From Candidatus Helarchaeota archaeon (GTDB lineage: Archaea > Asgardarchaeota > Lokiarchaeia > Helarchaeales > RDOG01), in NCBI GenBank assembly GCA_019058315.1, contig JAHPZH010000001.1:1201432-1265431 (forward strand): DNA of 64,000 nt, written 5' to 3'. Below are positions 41,979 to 53,062 of the stretch, piece after piece (positions within the stretch are counted from its first letter, which is position 1; every line of letters starts with the position of its first letter). The notes beneath the pieces were generated by a model that did not search any database, was not told the origin of the DNA, and worked only from the letters and a program-made list of their open reading frames with translations. The position numbers were made by a program, and so were the translations under genes.

Positions 41979-44900
41979 ATGAAGAGAGATAAGAAACTTA
42001 TAATATTAATTTATATATTCTTTTTATCCTCCTTATTCTTTATCCCAATCAATAATTTTAATAATTCTGACATTTTTAATAACTCAATTTTTAAAAAGAA
42101 CGCAATTAAAAAAGATTATATAATTAAATCTGATAGTGTTAATTCAATAAGCCTTCAAGGAACAGGATCAAATCTTAAAGGTGAAGAATATCCTTATAAT
42201 GTGAGTAATGAACAAGGACTTATTAATAATGATGAAATTAATTGGAGTGTTCCCAATACTTATTCTGGAAAAGAATTTTGGGTTAAAATTGAGAATTTAA
42301 CAGCGAACGGTTCCTTTACTAGTCCACAAAACGCAGATCAAGCTGTCATATTTGAGGGGGACTATGCTAGTGGAAGTATTGGAGACACTAACACTACGGA
42401 CGGTAATTATTATCAAGTAAATGATGATATAACACCATCTCAAGATGCACTTGATTTTGATTTTGAATTTGACATTAGTGGAATTTCTAAAACTGATGTA
42501 AATTCAATCTTTTTTTATGTTGTAGGTCAAAGATCTATTTTGGGACAAGATGTTCAAATTCGCATATATAATTTTTCTAGTTTAAGTTATGTGAATATTG
42601 GTACTATCACAAATTTTTTTACATGGGATACCGACTTCGGTACAATATATGGTAATGATTGTTTTGATAATTCTGATCCTCGAATTAGATTGAATTTTTA
42701 TAGTTCGGATTTGGATGGTAATTATGTTAGATTGGATCATGTTTATGTTATAGTCAATTACAGTGTATCCTTTGTATCTGTCAATCCAGAAACTATTAAT
42801 TTCCGAGTTCGACATGAAAGTACGAATTATCCAATAACTTCAGCTAATTTTAATTCTACAACGATTCAAGGAAATTGGTTAGCACCAACAACTGAAACTT
42901 TTACGTTTTTATCGGACTATTCCGCCAACTTTGATATTGAGACTATTTTCCTATTAAATAAATCTAGAAATGCAGATATTTACTATTATTTGGCAGGAAA
43001 TGAGAATTTTGAAAATACTTGGAAGGTAAATTATTCTGTTGGTTCCATACCATCAGGTTATCAAAATATAAATTTTACAGTAAATCTTCCGAATGATTGG
43101 GAATATTTAAATACTACAGCTCCAGACGGGTCCGATAATACAGCACAAACAAACACTGTAATTATTGGTAATAAATTAGTAGTATCAGTTAGCTCGAGTG
43201 CTATAGATCCATTTGTAGCACAATTACCATTAAATTGGTCAATTTGGGCTAATTCTTCTAATTATATCTCAACAATTCAATTTTTTCAATATCCGGATTT
43301 TGTAACTCCAATGCTAAGTCCAATTATTTACAATTTAACGGATAATATGACAGTCAAGTGTCCATTAAGCACTCCTACAAATTCTCCTTCTAGCGCAAAT
43401 TTAACTATATTTAATAGTACAGATGATATAGTCCATCAAGAATTAAATGTTGATGTAATTGGAAGTACAATAACATTTACAGGTTGGAATACATCAAAAT
43501 ATAATTCGAATGGACAATACAAAGCTCAAGTTACGTGGTTTAATGGAACGCAAATAGGATTTAAGAACTCAACATTTTGGTGTGTTTATAAAACTACTGT
43601 GCAAATGGTAGTTCCGAGTTTAAATCCGTTTGATTGGGGTTTTAACCGGACTCTTGAAGTAACTGTAAGATTCTTAAATACTTTTACAAACCAAGGAATT
43701 CCAGGAGCTAGTATTGCTCAATATATTTTTAATAGTAGCATATCTCAAAATTTATTTGATAAATCAAATGGTAATTATAATTTAACCGAAACAAATATGG
43801 AACTAGACTTAAAACCCCATGATTTATTCATAAATTTTTCTAAATTCGGCTATCATAATATAACAAATTTCCATATCGTGGTAAATATAATTAATGATAC
43901 AGAATTAAATTTAATAGTTGAAAATTTTACTCTACAATTAACCAATCCTACTATTATTAATTCATATTTTCCTGAGAATATTACAATAACTGCAAATTAC
44001 ACTCAATTATGGGTTACTCTGCCGAATCCTTTAACTAATGCAATATTGAACATTTCAATAAATGAGAATTATTATGCAGATATGATTCCAAAAATTGGAC
44101 AACCTGGACTTTATTACTTAATTATTAATTCATCAGACTTGGTTTTTTCATTCTTTGATATTGGACAAAATAATATAACTATTTCTGCGTGGAAGAATGG
44201 CTATTTTCCACATGTAAAAACTTTTTTATGGAATATAATCGAAACACCTACGAGTTTATCAGCAAATATTTCTACACATGCCGATTATGGAGGTATACCC
44301 TTCAAGGTCGAACTTTATTTTAATAATACTTATCATAATTATAAATATAACATCACAGATGCGAATTTTACGATAAAATTTGGCGTTAGTCAGACATTTT
44401 ATGAGTTACATAATGACAATATTACAAATTACTACAATGGAACTTATATAATAGCAATTTCCTTTGATATCTATAATTACAACTATAATTTTCAGTTAAA
44501 TATAACTGCATGGCGACCGGGTTACGATAATAAGACGGTTTCGATAGACACTGCAATTTGGGTTTATAATACTTCCATTGTTTACTGGGATTATTCTTCA
44601 ATTATACCACTCTACGCAAATCAGACCATTGATATTGGGTTGAATCGATCAATTTTTGGAAATTTCACATTTCCTATTGGGATTCAACCTGACATCGATG
44701 TTAAAATTAATCAAACATATGGAGTTTTTTGGGAAAATATCACCAATGAAGGAAATTATACAATTACTTTAATTACAGATCATGATATTTCAAACATTAA
44801 TGCAAGCATACAGAAGGTTAATATTACAATAAATAAGACAAATCATAAAATTATCTTCTTATTATCAAGTTTTATAATTAGAGAAAATAATACCCGAGCA

Positions 44901-47900
44901 TATATTACTCAAAGTTATGAAGATTTTAATTTTCTTAAATTTGAATACGGTAATTGGTATGACCTTAATATTTATCTTAATCAGACACTAGATATCTTCG
45001 TAAATTATACAAATAACGAAACAGGTCCAAATTATAAACTACAAAATGAGACTAATGACAATATTGACATTAATATAGATTTGTATAATAGAACTGACAT
45101 GAGTTGGATGGGTTATTATAATGCAACAGCATATATAAGCAATCAGTTTAATATAACCATAGATCCTACAAAATATAATCTTTTAGTTGGTGATTATTTT
45201 CTAAATATTTCTTTTAAGAAATTTAATTACGAAAGAGCTTATATATTTGTAAACCTTTCAGTGAATCCATGGCGTTCCTATCTTATTCCAATAGGTCAAG
45301 CAGGAATTAATACAACGATTAATCAATGGCAAGATCAAACAATTATATTTCGAGCAAATTACTCTAAAATAATTTTTAATAAGACTTCTCCACGTTTTGG
45401 AATTGTTGAAGTCGTCACGGATGCAATTCAATGGAATGCTGTGATAAATTACACAATTAAAACTTTAACAAATCAAACTATTAAGACAGGTTCTAATCTA
45501 TCATATAATAACATTACAAAATTATGGGAACTAACCGAAATAGTGTATTTGAAATCAGATTTAAATAATACAATTCCACCAGGTTTATATAAGATATGGT
45601 TGAATTCTAGTGGAAATAATATTGCCCCAATGAACGCTATAATCAATTTACGAGTTTTGGAATGGCTTCCTTCAGAAATTATTTTTCTTTCTCCCCCTGA
45701 AATTTCTGAAGATGGTATGTTACTTATATTCTTACAATATAAGGCAAATAATACACCAATTCAACAGGCATTAAGTCTAAAATTGACTTTAATTTTAGAG
45801 GGAGGGCTACCTATTCCATTAGATTTCTCAATAAAAACAGGCTCGGATGGATCTCTCCAAACATCTTTACCCGTATTTGCGGGTGTTAAATCTATTTTAT
45901 GTTGGGTAGAATTTATGGGCACGAATGATTCGTATCCTAAATGGTCTATAAAACCAAGTCAATCTATTCCATTATCTACTTCAATAACATCAATATGGAC
46001 ATCACTAGTTCCGATATTTGTTATTGCAGTAGTTGTTTTTATAGGTGTAATAACAATATATGTCATAAATAGGAAAGTTAGAGTAAAAAGACAATCGAAA
46101 GTAATGGTGGAAGCAGAAAAGACCTTTGATTATTTTAATGATCTAATTAGCCTTCGTAAAATATACATAATGCATAAGAAATTACAAACAACTATTTTTC
46201 AACAAAATTATAACATGGAAGATTTTAATGATTTTACTAATAAAGCATTAATAAATATGATCAAAGGATTTGGGAAAGGCAAATCAGGTTATAGTGCTTC
46301 GTTAGATTTAGTTCGTTTTCAAGATTTGGTGATAATAATTGATGATGGAGATTTAACAAGGACTGCCTTTATTTTATCTAAGCTTCCTACTAATAAGTTC
46401 TTAAAAGGAATAGTTCGTTTCCTTCAATTTTTTGAAATAAATAATTATGATATTTTGAAAAAAGATGGGCAATTTGCAAAAGAAAGTAAAATTGAAAGAC
46501 TTTTAGATTATATTTTTGAAATTTCAATAATTTTACCTTATAGGGTTACTATGAAAGGTATGAATATGAAGTTAAATGCTTTTAGAAGCCAATTAGTAAT
46601 GACCGCATATGAATGCTCTCCAGAGGGATATTTCTTCATAGCTGATCTCTTCCAAAAAACCTTAAAAAAATCAGTAATACCAGAAATGATGATTTTCAAG
46701 GAGATTTCGTATTTAATTGATAGACGTGCATTTATTCTTTATTCATTAAAGCAATTAAAAGAGAAAGGTGGAAAAATTAAATATATATCAACAAAAGAAG
46801 TTAAATTTGGGAAGCCGGAAGAAAAATTAAAAGAAACTCCAAAGGGCGGTGAGGAACCTATAGATGAAGAATACATTACTCCCGTAACAGCACGTATAAT
46901 GGAGGATTATGAATTTCCAGAACCTACTTTACCAACTAAATTACTAACAACTGAATTAGATACATTCGAAGAACCTTTGATTGAAGAAGAAATTGATGAG
47001 GATGGAAAAACTCCCTTTGAATTAATTGTAGAAAAAGAGTTCGAAAAACCATCAATAGAAGAAAAAGTTGAAATTATAGAACCTGAAATTAAAAAAGTTG
47101 ATATTGAAAAAAAGGTAATTCCAAAAAAAACAATTACTATTAAACCAATCCCTATTAAACCTGTTATTAAGCCTAAACCAATAGAAGTTATAAAAATAAA
47201 ACCCAAACCAATTAAGATAATTAAACCTGTTGAAAAACCTGAGCCAATTATTAAAAAGATTAAACCAAAACTCATACAAGAGGAACTAAAACCTAGTAAA
47301 TTTATTCAAATAGGTGAAATTGAAGATAAAAAAATTGATAAGACCGTAATCGATGTTGTTAATAGAACTAATAAACTTATTACTACAATGGATGAAATTG
47401 AGAAGTATATTGGAAAGTCAGTAAAAGAAATTGTGGCAAATAAAGAAGATATAGATGCTATTACGCTTGAAGTCTTGAAAATATTTGAAGATAAAAACCT
47501 AATTATTGAAAATGAAATTGAAACTGCAAAAACTAAGTTAAAGAGTGCAGAAAAAATTGTAGAAAAGCTATTATTTTATTTAATTGATATTGAAAAAGAA
47601 CTTGAGAAAAGTGACAAAGAATTTAGTATAATATCAAAAGATATTAGATTAATAAGAAAGAAATTTGAAAAACAATCTAAATCCGAAGTGGAAATAGATT
47701 TACAAAAACTAGATCAAGTTCAGCAAAAATTAACTGAAATTGATGATAAAATTGTCAAATCGCTAGAAGTAAGAGAAAAATTTGAAGCTAGTCTCAACGA
47801 ATCAGCTAAAATAGTTGAAAAACTTGATGATAAAATCAAAGATTTAGAGAAAAATATGGAATCAGATAAGATTGAAAAACAAGAAATTATAGACGAAAAA

Positions 47901-48044
47901 GCTAAAACATACGATTTGAAACTCCATTGCCCATCTTGTAATAAAATAATTGAAGATAGGGAATTAAACCTTCTTAAAAAGGGCTTCACTCCAGAATGTC
48001 CAGCATGTGGGAAAGTTTTAAAACCATCGGAATTTGATCTGTAA
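41979..48044 (+). CDS. Giant single-pass surface protein: signal peptide, glycosylated beta-rich ectodomain, TM, longin-like domain, Pro/Lys linker, coiled coil, zinc ribbon
   Basis: N-terminal hydrophobic helix; dense N-x-S/T sequons; TM WTSLVPIFVIAVVVFIGVITIYVI followed by RKVRVKR; C-terminal CPSC..CPAC. Confidence 0.85.
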   Translation: MKRDKKLIILIYIFFLSSLFFIPINNFNNSDIFNNSIFKKNAIKKDYIIKSDSVNSISLQGTGSNLKGEEYPYNVSNEQGLINNDEINWSVPNTYSGKEFWVKIENLTANGSFTSPQNADQAVIFEGDYASGSIGDTNTTDGNYYQVNDDITPSQDALDFDFEFDISGISKTDVNSIFFYVVGQRSILGQDVQIRIYNFSSLSYVNIGTITNFFTWDTDFGTIYGNDCFDNSDPRIRLNFYSSDLDGNYVRLDHVYVIVNYSVSFVSVNPETINFRVRHESTNYPITSANFNSTTIQGNWLAPTTETFTFLSDYSANFDIETIFLLNKSRNADIYYYLAGNENFENTWKVNYSVGSIPSGYQNINFTVNLPNDWEYLNTTAPDGSDNTAQTNTVIIGNKLVVSVSSSAIDPFVAQLPLNWSIWANSSNYISTIQFFQYPDFVTPMLSPIIYNLTDNMTVKCPLSTPTNSPSSANLTIFNSTDDIVHQELNVDVIGSTITFTGWNTSKYNSNGQYKAQVTWFNGTQIGFKNSTFWCVYKTTVQMVVPSLNPFDWGFNRTLEVTVRFLNTFTNQGIPGASIAQYIFNSSISQNLFDKSNGNYNLTETNMELDLKPHDLFINFSKFGYHNITNFHIVVNIINDTELNLIVENFTLQLTNPTIINSYFPENITITANYTQLWVTLPNPLTNAILNISINENYYADMIPKIGQPGLYYLIINSSDLVFSFFDIGQNNITISAWKNGYFPHVKTFLWNIIETPTSLSANISTHADYGGIPFKVELYFNNTYHNYKYNITDANFTIKFGVSQTFYELHNDNITNYYNGTYIIAISFDIYNYNYNFQLNITAWRPGYDNKTVSIDTAIWVYNTSIVYWDYSSIIPLYANQTIDIGLNRSIFGNFTFPIGIQPDIDVKINQTYGVFWENITNEGNYTITLITDHDISNINASIQKVNITINKTNHKIIFLLSSFIIRENNTRAYITQSYEDFNFLKFEYGNWYDLNIYLNQTLDIFVNYTNNETGPNYKLQNETNDNIDINIDLYNRTDMSWMGYYNATAYISNQFNITIDPTKYNLLVGDYFLNISFKKFNYERAYIFVNLSVNPWRSYLIPIGQAGINTTINQWQDQTIIFRANYSKIIFNKTSPRFGIVEVVTDAIQWNAVINYTIKTLTNQTIKTGSNLSYNNITKLWELTEIVYLKSDLNNTIPPGLYKIWLNSSGNNIAPMNAIINLRVLEWLPSEIIFLSPPEISEDGMLLIFLQYKANNTPIQQALSLKLTLILEGGLPIPLDFSIKTGSDGSLQTSLPVFAGVKSILCWVEFMGTNDSYPKWSIKPSQSIPLSTSITSIWTSLVPIFVIAVVVFIGVITIYVINRKVRVKRQSKVMVEAEKTFDYFNDLISLRKIYIMHKKLQTTIFQQNYNMEDFNDFTNKALINMIKGFGKGKSGYSASLDLVRFQDLVIIIDDGDLTRTAFILSKLPTNKFLKGIVRFLQFFEINNYDILKKDGQFAKESKIERLLDYIFEISIILPYRVTMKGMNMKLNAFRSQLVMTAYECSPEGYFFIADLFQKTLKKSVIPEMMIFKEISYLIDRRAFILYSLKQLKEKGGKIKYISTKEVKFGKPEEKLKETPKGGEEPIDEEYITPVTARIMEDYEFPEPTLPTKLLTTELDTFEEPLIEEEIDEDGKTPFELIVEKEFEKPSIEEKVEIIEPEIKKVDIEKKVIPKKTITIKPIPIKPVIKPKPIEVIKIKPKPIKIIKPVEKPEPIIKKIKPKLIQEELKPSKFIQIGEIEDKKIDKTVIDVVNRTNKLITTMDEIEKYIGKSVKEIVANKEDIDAITLEVLKIFEDKNLIIENEIETAKTKLKSAEKIVEKLLFYLIDIEKELEKSDKEFSIISKDIRLIRKKFEKQSKSEVEIDLQKLDQVQQKLTEIDDKIVKSLEVREKFEASLNESAKIVEKLDDKIKDLEKNMESDKIEKQEIIDEKAKTYDLKLHCPSCNKIIEDRELNLLKKGFTPECPACGKVLKPSEFDL
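47135..47272 (+). repeat. Coding low-complexity (I/V)KP repeat within the giant surface protein
   Basis: IKPIPIKPVIKPKPIEVIKIKPKPIKIIKPVEKPEPIIKKIKPK; recurring attaaacc units in the DNA. Confidence 0.7.
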
Positions 48045-48063
48045 ATCATTTTGTGGAATCAAA

Positions 48064-49188
48064 ATGGATGTAGGTATATTCATTTTTCCTCAATATATCA
48101 AAAAGGAGGAAATTAACCAGATATTAGAAAACCTTACTAATTATTCTATTAGTCAAATCCATGTAAGTTTTAATTACAGTTCCTTATTAGAAAATAAACC
48201 TAATCAAGACGTTCTATTTTTTAAACCAGATAATTCTTACTACCAAATCGATAATAAATTGCTGCAATATTCCCGAGAAAATTGGAATATTTTTCAAAAA
48301 TTTATTGAGAGCGCTAATAAATCAGGATTCAAGATTATTGCTTGGCTTAATTGTTTAGAAAATCAAAATATTTTATTGAAATATCCAGATTGGGCACAAG
48401 TGAATCATATTGGAGAAAAAAGTAAAAGATTTTTATGCCCAAATAATTTATCGGTCCAAAAATACTTTTCAAGTCTTATTAAAAATATAATAGAAAAATA
48501 TCCAGTTCAAGGTATTGAATTATTTAATGCTAGATTTCCATTTCCATATAAAGAAGAATTATGTTGTTTTTGTGAATCTTGTGAGAGAGAGGCAACAAAA
48601 CCACGTGCATTAGAAGATTTAAAAGAGCGAGAAATTGTGGATGAATCATGGAAAGGATTTAGCATCAAACAGCTTCGTAAATATTTTATTAAAAATTCTC
48701 ATTTGTTATCGGAAAAAACTCTTGGTGAAGATAGTGTATTTCAATCTTGGAATAGATTTCGATACAATTCTATAACACGATTTGTTGGAAACATATTAAT
48801 TTCAGCCCGTCAAACGGATCAGAATATATCTTTAGGTACTGATATATGGCCTATTTCAAAAGCGGAATTAATAGGTCAAAATTATGCTGATCTAGCTACT
48901 TATCAAGATTTAATTTATCAAATCTTATTTATGAAGGATAAACATTTTCAAAAATATACTGAAATAATTAAAGAAATTAATGAATTGAAGAAGTTGATTA
49001 AAAAAGCAAGAGGACTAAAAAAATTCTATACGTGTATAAGTTTGGATGAACAAATACAAAAGAACGAATTTCAACGAATAATTAATGCTACAAAACAAAT
49101 AGGAGTTAAGGGAATAGTATTTTTTCATTATAAAAAAGAATTTGAATTAAGATTGGAAATTATTAGCGAATTTTTAAAAAATTCATAA
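48064..49188 (+). CDS. Glycoside hydrolase-like TIM barrel (GHL10/DUF187-like)
   Basis: IAWL, YPDW, LCPNN..VQ.Y, Y.VQGIEL, CFCESC, W..FR...IT; ATG at 48064. Confidence 0.65.
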   Translation: MDVGIFIFPQYIKKEEINQILENLTNYSISQIHVSFNYSSLLENKPNQDVLFFKPDNSYYQIDNKLLQYSRENWNIFQKFIESANKSGFKIIAWLNCLENQNILLKYPDWAQVNHIGEKSKRFLCPNNLSVQKYFSSLIKNIIEKYPVQGIELFNARFPFPYKEELCCFCESCEREATKPRALEDLKEREIVDESWKGFSIKQLRKYFIKNSHLLSEKTLGEDSVFQSWNRFRYNSITRFVGNILISARQTDQNISLGTDIWPISKAELIGQNYADLATYQDLIYQILFMKDKHFQKYTEIIKEINELKKLIKKARGLKKFYTCISLDEQIQKNEFQRIINATKQIGVKGIVFFHYKKEFELRLEIISEFLKNS

Positions 49189-49203
49189 TTTAGAATAAAA
49201 GTA

Positions 49204-49989
49204 TTAATTATGATTTACTAATCCTATTTTTCGAGCGATATTTTCCACTGCTTTATAAGCTTCTGAATCTTTTAATCCAGTTATAGGTTTACCCAGAAAA
49301 TTAAACTCTGAAATCTGTTCATCTTGAGGAATAATGCCAGCAAATTCGATTCCAATTTTTTTTGCAGATGCTTTCAATTTTTCTTCCATTTCCGGAGTAA
49401 ATCTATTTCCGACTATAAACATTTTCTTGAAAGATATATTTACTTCTTTTGTTAATTCTTTAATTCTTTCAGCCGTTTTTATACCCATTTGACTAGGATC
49501 AGTAATGATAAACATGATATCAACGTCTCTAGCAGTTCTCCTACTTAAATGTTCAAGACCAGCTTCCATATCCATTAGTGTAATATTGTAGTTGTTGCTC
49601 AAGCTATCTACAATTCCTGTAAGTAGCTGATTAGGGAAACAATAACAACCATCTCCTTCACAGCGCCCCATTGTTAGTAAATCAAAGTCATCTTCTTCTT
49701 TTAATATTTTAAAAACATCAGATTCTAAAATTTGTTGTTTTGTTGTGCCTGGAGGAATCGTTCCTTTTTCTATTTGTTTTTTTAAAGAAAACGCCGCTCC
49801 GCCAACGGTATCACACCTTGGAACTTCAATACCAAGTAAATCAGGCAAATTAGAATCTGGATCAGCATCCACTACTAAAATATCTAAATTTTTGTTATTT
49901 TTAATTAGCACTTGTAATAATAATGCAGAAAAAGTGGTTTTTCCTACTCCACCTTTTCCAGAAACAGTTATTACTATATTTTTTGTCAT
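49204..49989 (-). CDS. cooC: CO dehydrogenase/ACS nickel-insertion ATPase CooC/AcsF
   Basis: GKGGVGKT, DADPDSNL, GDGCYC, DMEAGLEHLSRRT. Confidence 0.92.
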   Translation of the reverse strand: MTKNIVITVSGKGGVGKTTFSALLLQVLIKNNKNLDILVVDADPDSNLPDLLGIEVPRCDTVGGAAFSLKKQIEKGTIPPGTTKQQILESDVFKILKEEDDFDLLTMGRCEGDGCYCFPNQLLTGIVDSLSNNYNITLMDMEAGLEHLSRRTARDVDIMFIITDPSQMGIKTAERIKELTKEVNISFKKMFIVGNRFTPEMEEKLKASAKKIGIEFAGIIPQDEQISEFNFLGKPITGLKDSEAYKAVENIARKIGLVNHN

Positions 49990-50084
49990 TTATTCAACTC
50001 CATCTTTCTAATTAAATAAACTGAAAATTTATATTAGAAATTTATTATTACGGATTGAAACTTTAGACTAATAGTTAATAGAAA

Positions 50085-50489
50085 CTAAGCCGTTTGTTGT
50101 TTTTTGGGTTGAGGAATTTTTCTTTTTCTTTTATTTCTCTTAGTCTTATATTGAAATTTTCCCCTTTCGTCTTTAATATCCTCATAAGTGTCAATGATTT
50201 TCCTAATAAATCCACTAAGCTTTTTGTATGTGATTTTTTCTGGGTTATTTAATATTTCTAAAATATCTTTATTATCAGAATCCACATTTAAGCCCAAATA
50301 TTCCAAAGGTACTTGAAATGATTGAATAACATAGCCGGTATCTTTATCCATTTTTCCTCTAATTTGTTTAACGCCCAATTTTGGATCAAAATCATATTGT
50401 TTAAGACCTATCATCTTTTTCTCATTTCTTATTCGAATAGTAATGAAATTTAGGTCCTCTTCTTTAACTTTTTTTGGACGTTTTGGCAT
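50085..50489 (-). CDS. Hypothetical basic protein
   Basis: 134-aa ORF with Lys/Arg-rich termini; co-oriented with its neighbours. Confidence 0.65.
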   Translation of the reverse strand: MPKRPKKVKEEDLNFITIRIRNEKKMIGLKQYDFDPKLGVKQIRGKMDKDTGYVIQSFQVPLEYLGLNVDSDNKDILEILNNPEKITYKKLSGFIRKIIDTYEDIKDERGKFQYKTKRNKRKRKIPQPKKQQTA

Positions 50490-50533
50490 TTTTTTCCCTT
50501 TTAAATGAATTTATACAAATTATTTAAATTCAA

Positions 50534-51400
50534 TTATATAAAATTGATTGAATCTCCTTTAAAACCCATTTTTTGTAGTATGAGCTCAGCTTCATTTATA
50601 ATGTTATTAATAAATTCCTTAACTGTTAAAATCTGATCTATGACTCCAACCGCCATAGAGGGAACAGCAGAATCACGTAGTTGTAGATGAAAAACTTTTT
50701 TATGAAGGTCTTCATCGAATGCATCTTGTTCAACAAGTTTATGCTGTTTAAATTTATCGGGTATTGGACATTCTTTACAAGCCATAAAAGCTGTTCCCAT
50801 ACAGACAGCTTGAGCTCCCATGGTTAGGGCAGATAGAAATCCTCTCGCATCTCCAATTCCGCCAGCAGCAATGACAGGAATTTTTAGTTGTCTGACAGCA
50901 TTTGTCATATTAATTAAAGTAGTATTTTGAACTGGGTTTTTGTAACCAGTCCCTTCTAATCCTACAATAGTTACTCCATCTGCACCTTGTCTTTCAGCAG
51001 CCAAGGCATGCTTCATAGTTGCTACCTTATGGAACCAATTGATTCCATGTGATTTTACTTTTTGTCCAATTTTCATTGCTTTATAAGCAGAAGTAAAGAC
51101 TGTCCTAATATCCTCTTCTATAATAATATCAACCATTTCATCAAAAAAATTTTCACCAAAACCCCTTTCTCTTAATATTGAAAAATTAACACCAAATGGT
51201 TTATTTGTTAACTTTTTGCATTTTTGAATATCTTCTCTCAGTTTATCAGGACTTCTAAATGCAATTGCTGTGATAACGCCCATTCCGCCAGCCTCAGATA
51301 CCGGAGCGGCTATTTTGTGTGTTCCAAATGTTGCAAATGCTCCTTGTATTATTGGGAATTCACAGCCCGTTATTTCAGTAAATTTAGTTTTCCATTTCAT
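50534..51400 (-). CDS. Nitronate monooxygenase / FabK-like flavin oxidoreductase
   Basis: PIIQG, VSEAGGMG, KPFGVN, PVIAAGGIGDARG, MGTAF. Confidence 0.88.
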   Translation of the reverse strand: MKWKTKFTEITGCEFPIIQGAFATFGTHKIAAPVSEAGGMGVITAIAFRSPDKLREDIQKCKKLTNKPFGVNFSILRERGFGENFFDEMVDIIIEEDIRTVFTSAYKAMKIGQKVKSHGINWFHKVATMKHALAAERQGADGVTIVGLEGTGYKNPVQNTTLINMTNAVRQLKIPVIAAGGIGDARGFLSALTMGAQAVCMGTAFMACKECPIPDKFKQHKLVEQDAFDEDLHKKVFHLQLRDSAVPSMAVGVIDQILTVKEFINNIINEAELILQKMGFKGDSINFI

Positions 51401-51404
51401 TATC

Positions 51405-52925
51405 TTAATCTCCTAATTTCTTATTAGATTCTTGATGTTTCTCTAGAAAATGAGTATAATCTATTAAATATTTCAGAGCTCTTGCTGCATCCTCCACACT
51501 GCCATATGCAGGAAATTTTTTCAAAAACAATTTTGTATCATCTACTCTTTCATGAGGATAACAAACATCAATAACCGCTACTGCAACTAATTTTCCCGCT
51601 TTTTTAAGTCTAGATAAATTTTTAAATAAATTTTGATAATAAATATCTTTCATGCTTTCTACGCCAAAAAAATCAAGGCGAGGAAAATAGATATATTGTA
51701 AAGATATTTCAAAAATAATTGAGCTAATTGGAAGGTCTATTAAAACATCGAATATATTTTTAATTCCTGAAAAATTAAAGAAATCATAAGCAAGATCAAG
51801 TGGATTTGTCGAGTTCACTCCTATTGTATATATCATAATATCTTCAATTTTTTTTATCGTTTCAGGTGAAAATTTAGGAACATTTAAACCTACCTTCATA
51901 ACATCATCAGTATTTGTGACAGAGCTACCTCCTGAAATTGAAAGCAGAACTACATCCTTATTAATATTATTAAGTGCAAGGTTACTAGGTTTATAATGTT
52001 TGAATGTAATTATACAATTTACAAATTCCCGGAAGTTATTGACTTTAATGATACCTGCTTGTTTTACTGCAGCGTTCCAAATATCTATTGATCCCGATAA
52101 AGCTCCTGTATGAGTAAATGCAGCTTTTGCGCCAGCATCAGTAACTCCTCCTTTCCAAAGAATAACAGGCTTTTTTAATGATGCTTCTCGAAGAATTTTA
52201 AAGAATCTTGGGCTATCTTTTTTGCGTACTCCTTCAATATAAGCACAAATAATTTTTGTTTTTTTATCATGTGTTAAATATTCAAGAAAATCAGTACAAG
52301 TCAAATCTATTTGATTTCCATAACTAATAAATTTACTGATTCCGATTCCTAAATCTTTCAATTTGTACGCTAAATTTTGAGCTAGTCCACCCGATTGGGC
52401 GATAAAACCGATATTACCCACCCGTAATGATAGATCTTGTCTAAAAGAAACTTTAGATTCAGGGCAATATATTCCCATGCAGTTAGGACCAATAACACGT
52501 AAGGGTGGATTGTTTTTTTGATTGTTTAAAATTGAAATTAACTTATTTTCAAGCAAAGTACATTCATTTTTTCCTGTTTCAGAAAAACCTGATGTGAAAA
52601 TTGTAACTAATTTTGCTTTTTTTTCAATACATTCCTTAAGAACTTGGGGAACTCGTGGTGCGGGAACGGTTATTACCGCATAATCTATAGGTTCAGAAAT
52701 ATCCAATATTGATTTATAAAAAGGAATTCCATAAGCTGCATTTGGACCTTTGGGATTAATTGGGAACACTTTTCCGAGAAAACCAGCTAAAACAAAATTT
52801 TGTAGCCAAAAATAATCATTTTTTTTCGATACCCCAATTAAAGCTACTGACTGTGGTTTAAAATATGAATCAAATTCTTTAAATTCTTCTTCATTCAAAA
52901 ACAAGTCACCATCAAACGAATACAA
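51405..52925 (-). CDS. ADP-forming acyl-CoA synthetase alpha subunit (CoA-binding)
   Basis: PQSVALIG, PINPK, GPNCMG, AQSGG, THTGAL, NPLDL. Confidence 0.88.
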   Translation of the reverse strand: MYSFDGDLFLNEEEFKEFDSYFKPQSVALIGVSKKNDYFWLQNFVLAGFLGKVFPINPKGPNAAYGIPFYKSILDISEPIDYAVITVPAPRVPQVLKECIEKKAKLVTIFTSGFSETGKNECTLLENKLISILNNQKNNPPLRVIGPNCMGIYCPESKVSFRQDLSLRVGNIGFIAQSGGLAQNLAYKLKDLGIGISKFISYGNQIDLTCTDFLEYLTHDKKTKIICAYIEGVRKKDSPRFFKILREASLKKPVILWKGGVTDAGAKAAFTHTGALSGSIDIWNAAVKQAGIIKVNNFREFVNCIITFKHYKPSNLALNNINKDVVLLSISGGSSVTNTDDVMKVGLNVPKFSPETIKKIEDIMIYTIGVNSTNPLDLAYDFFNFSGIKNIFDVLIDLPISSIIFEISLQYIYFPRLDFFGVESMKDIYYQNLFKNLSRLKKAGKLVAVAVIDVCYPHERVDDTKLFLKKFPAYGSVEDAARALKYLIDYTHFLEKHQESNKKLGD

Positions 52926-53047
52926 TAATTGGGTATTATTTTAATTTACGGTAATAAAAATTCATTTTAAATTTAATCCGATATCTTTTTAAAAAAAAGA
53001 AAAAATGACCTAATATCAAAAATCTTTACGCAGAATGATGAAAATCT

Positions 53048-53062
53048 TTTTCATAATGAAAA
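53048..53062. promoter_or_regulatory. 7-1-7 palindrome between the divergent acyl-CoA synthetase and hypC genes; candidate operator
   Basis: TTTTCAT-A-ATGAAAA, same CATAATG core as the 19585 site. Confidence 0.35.
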
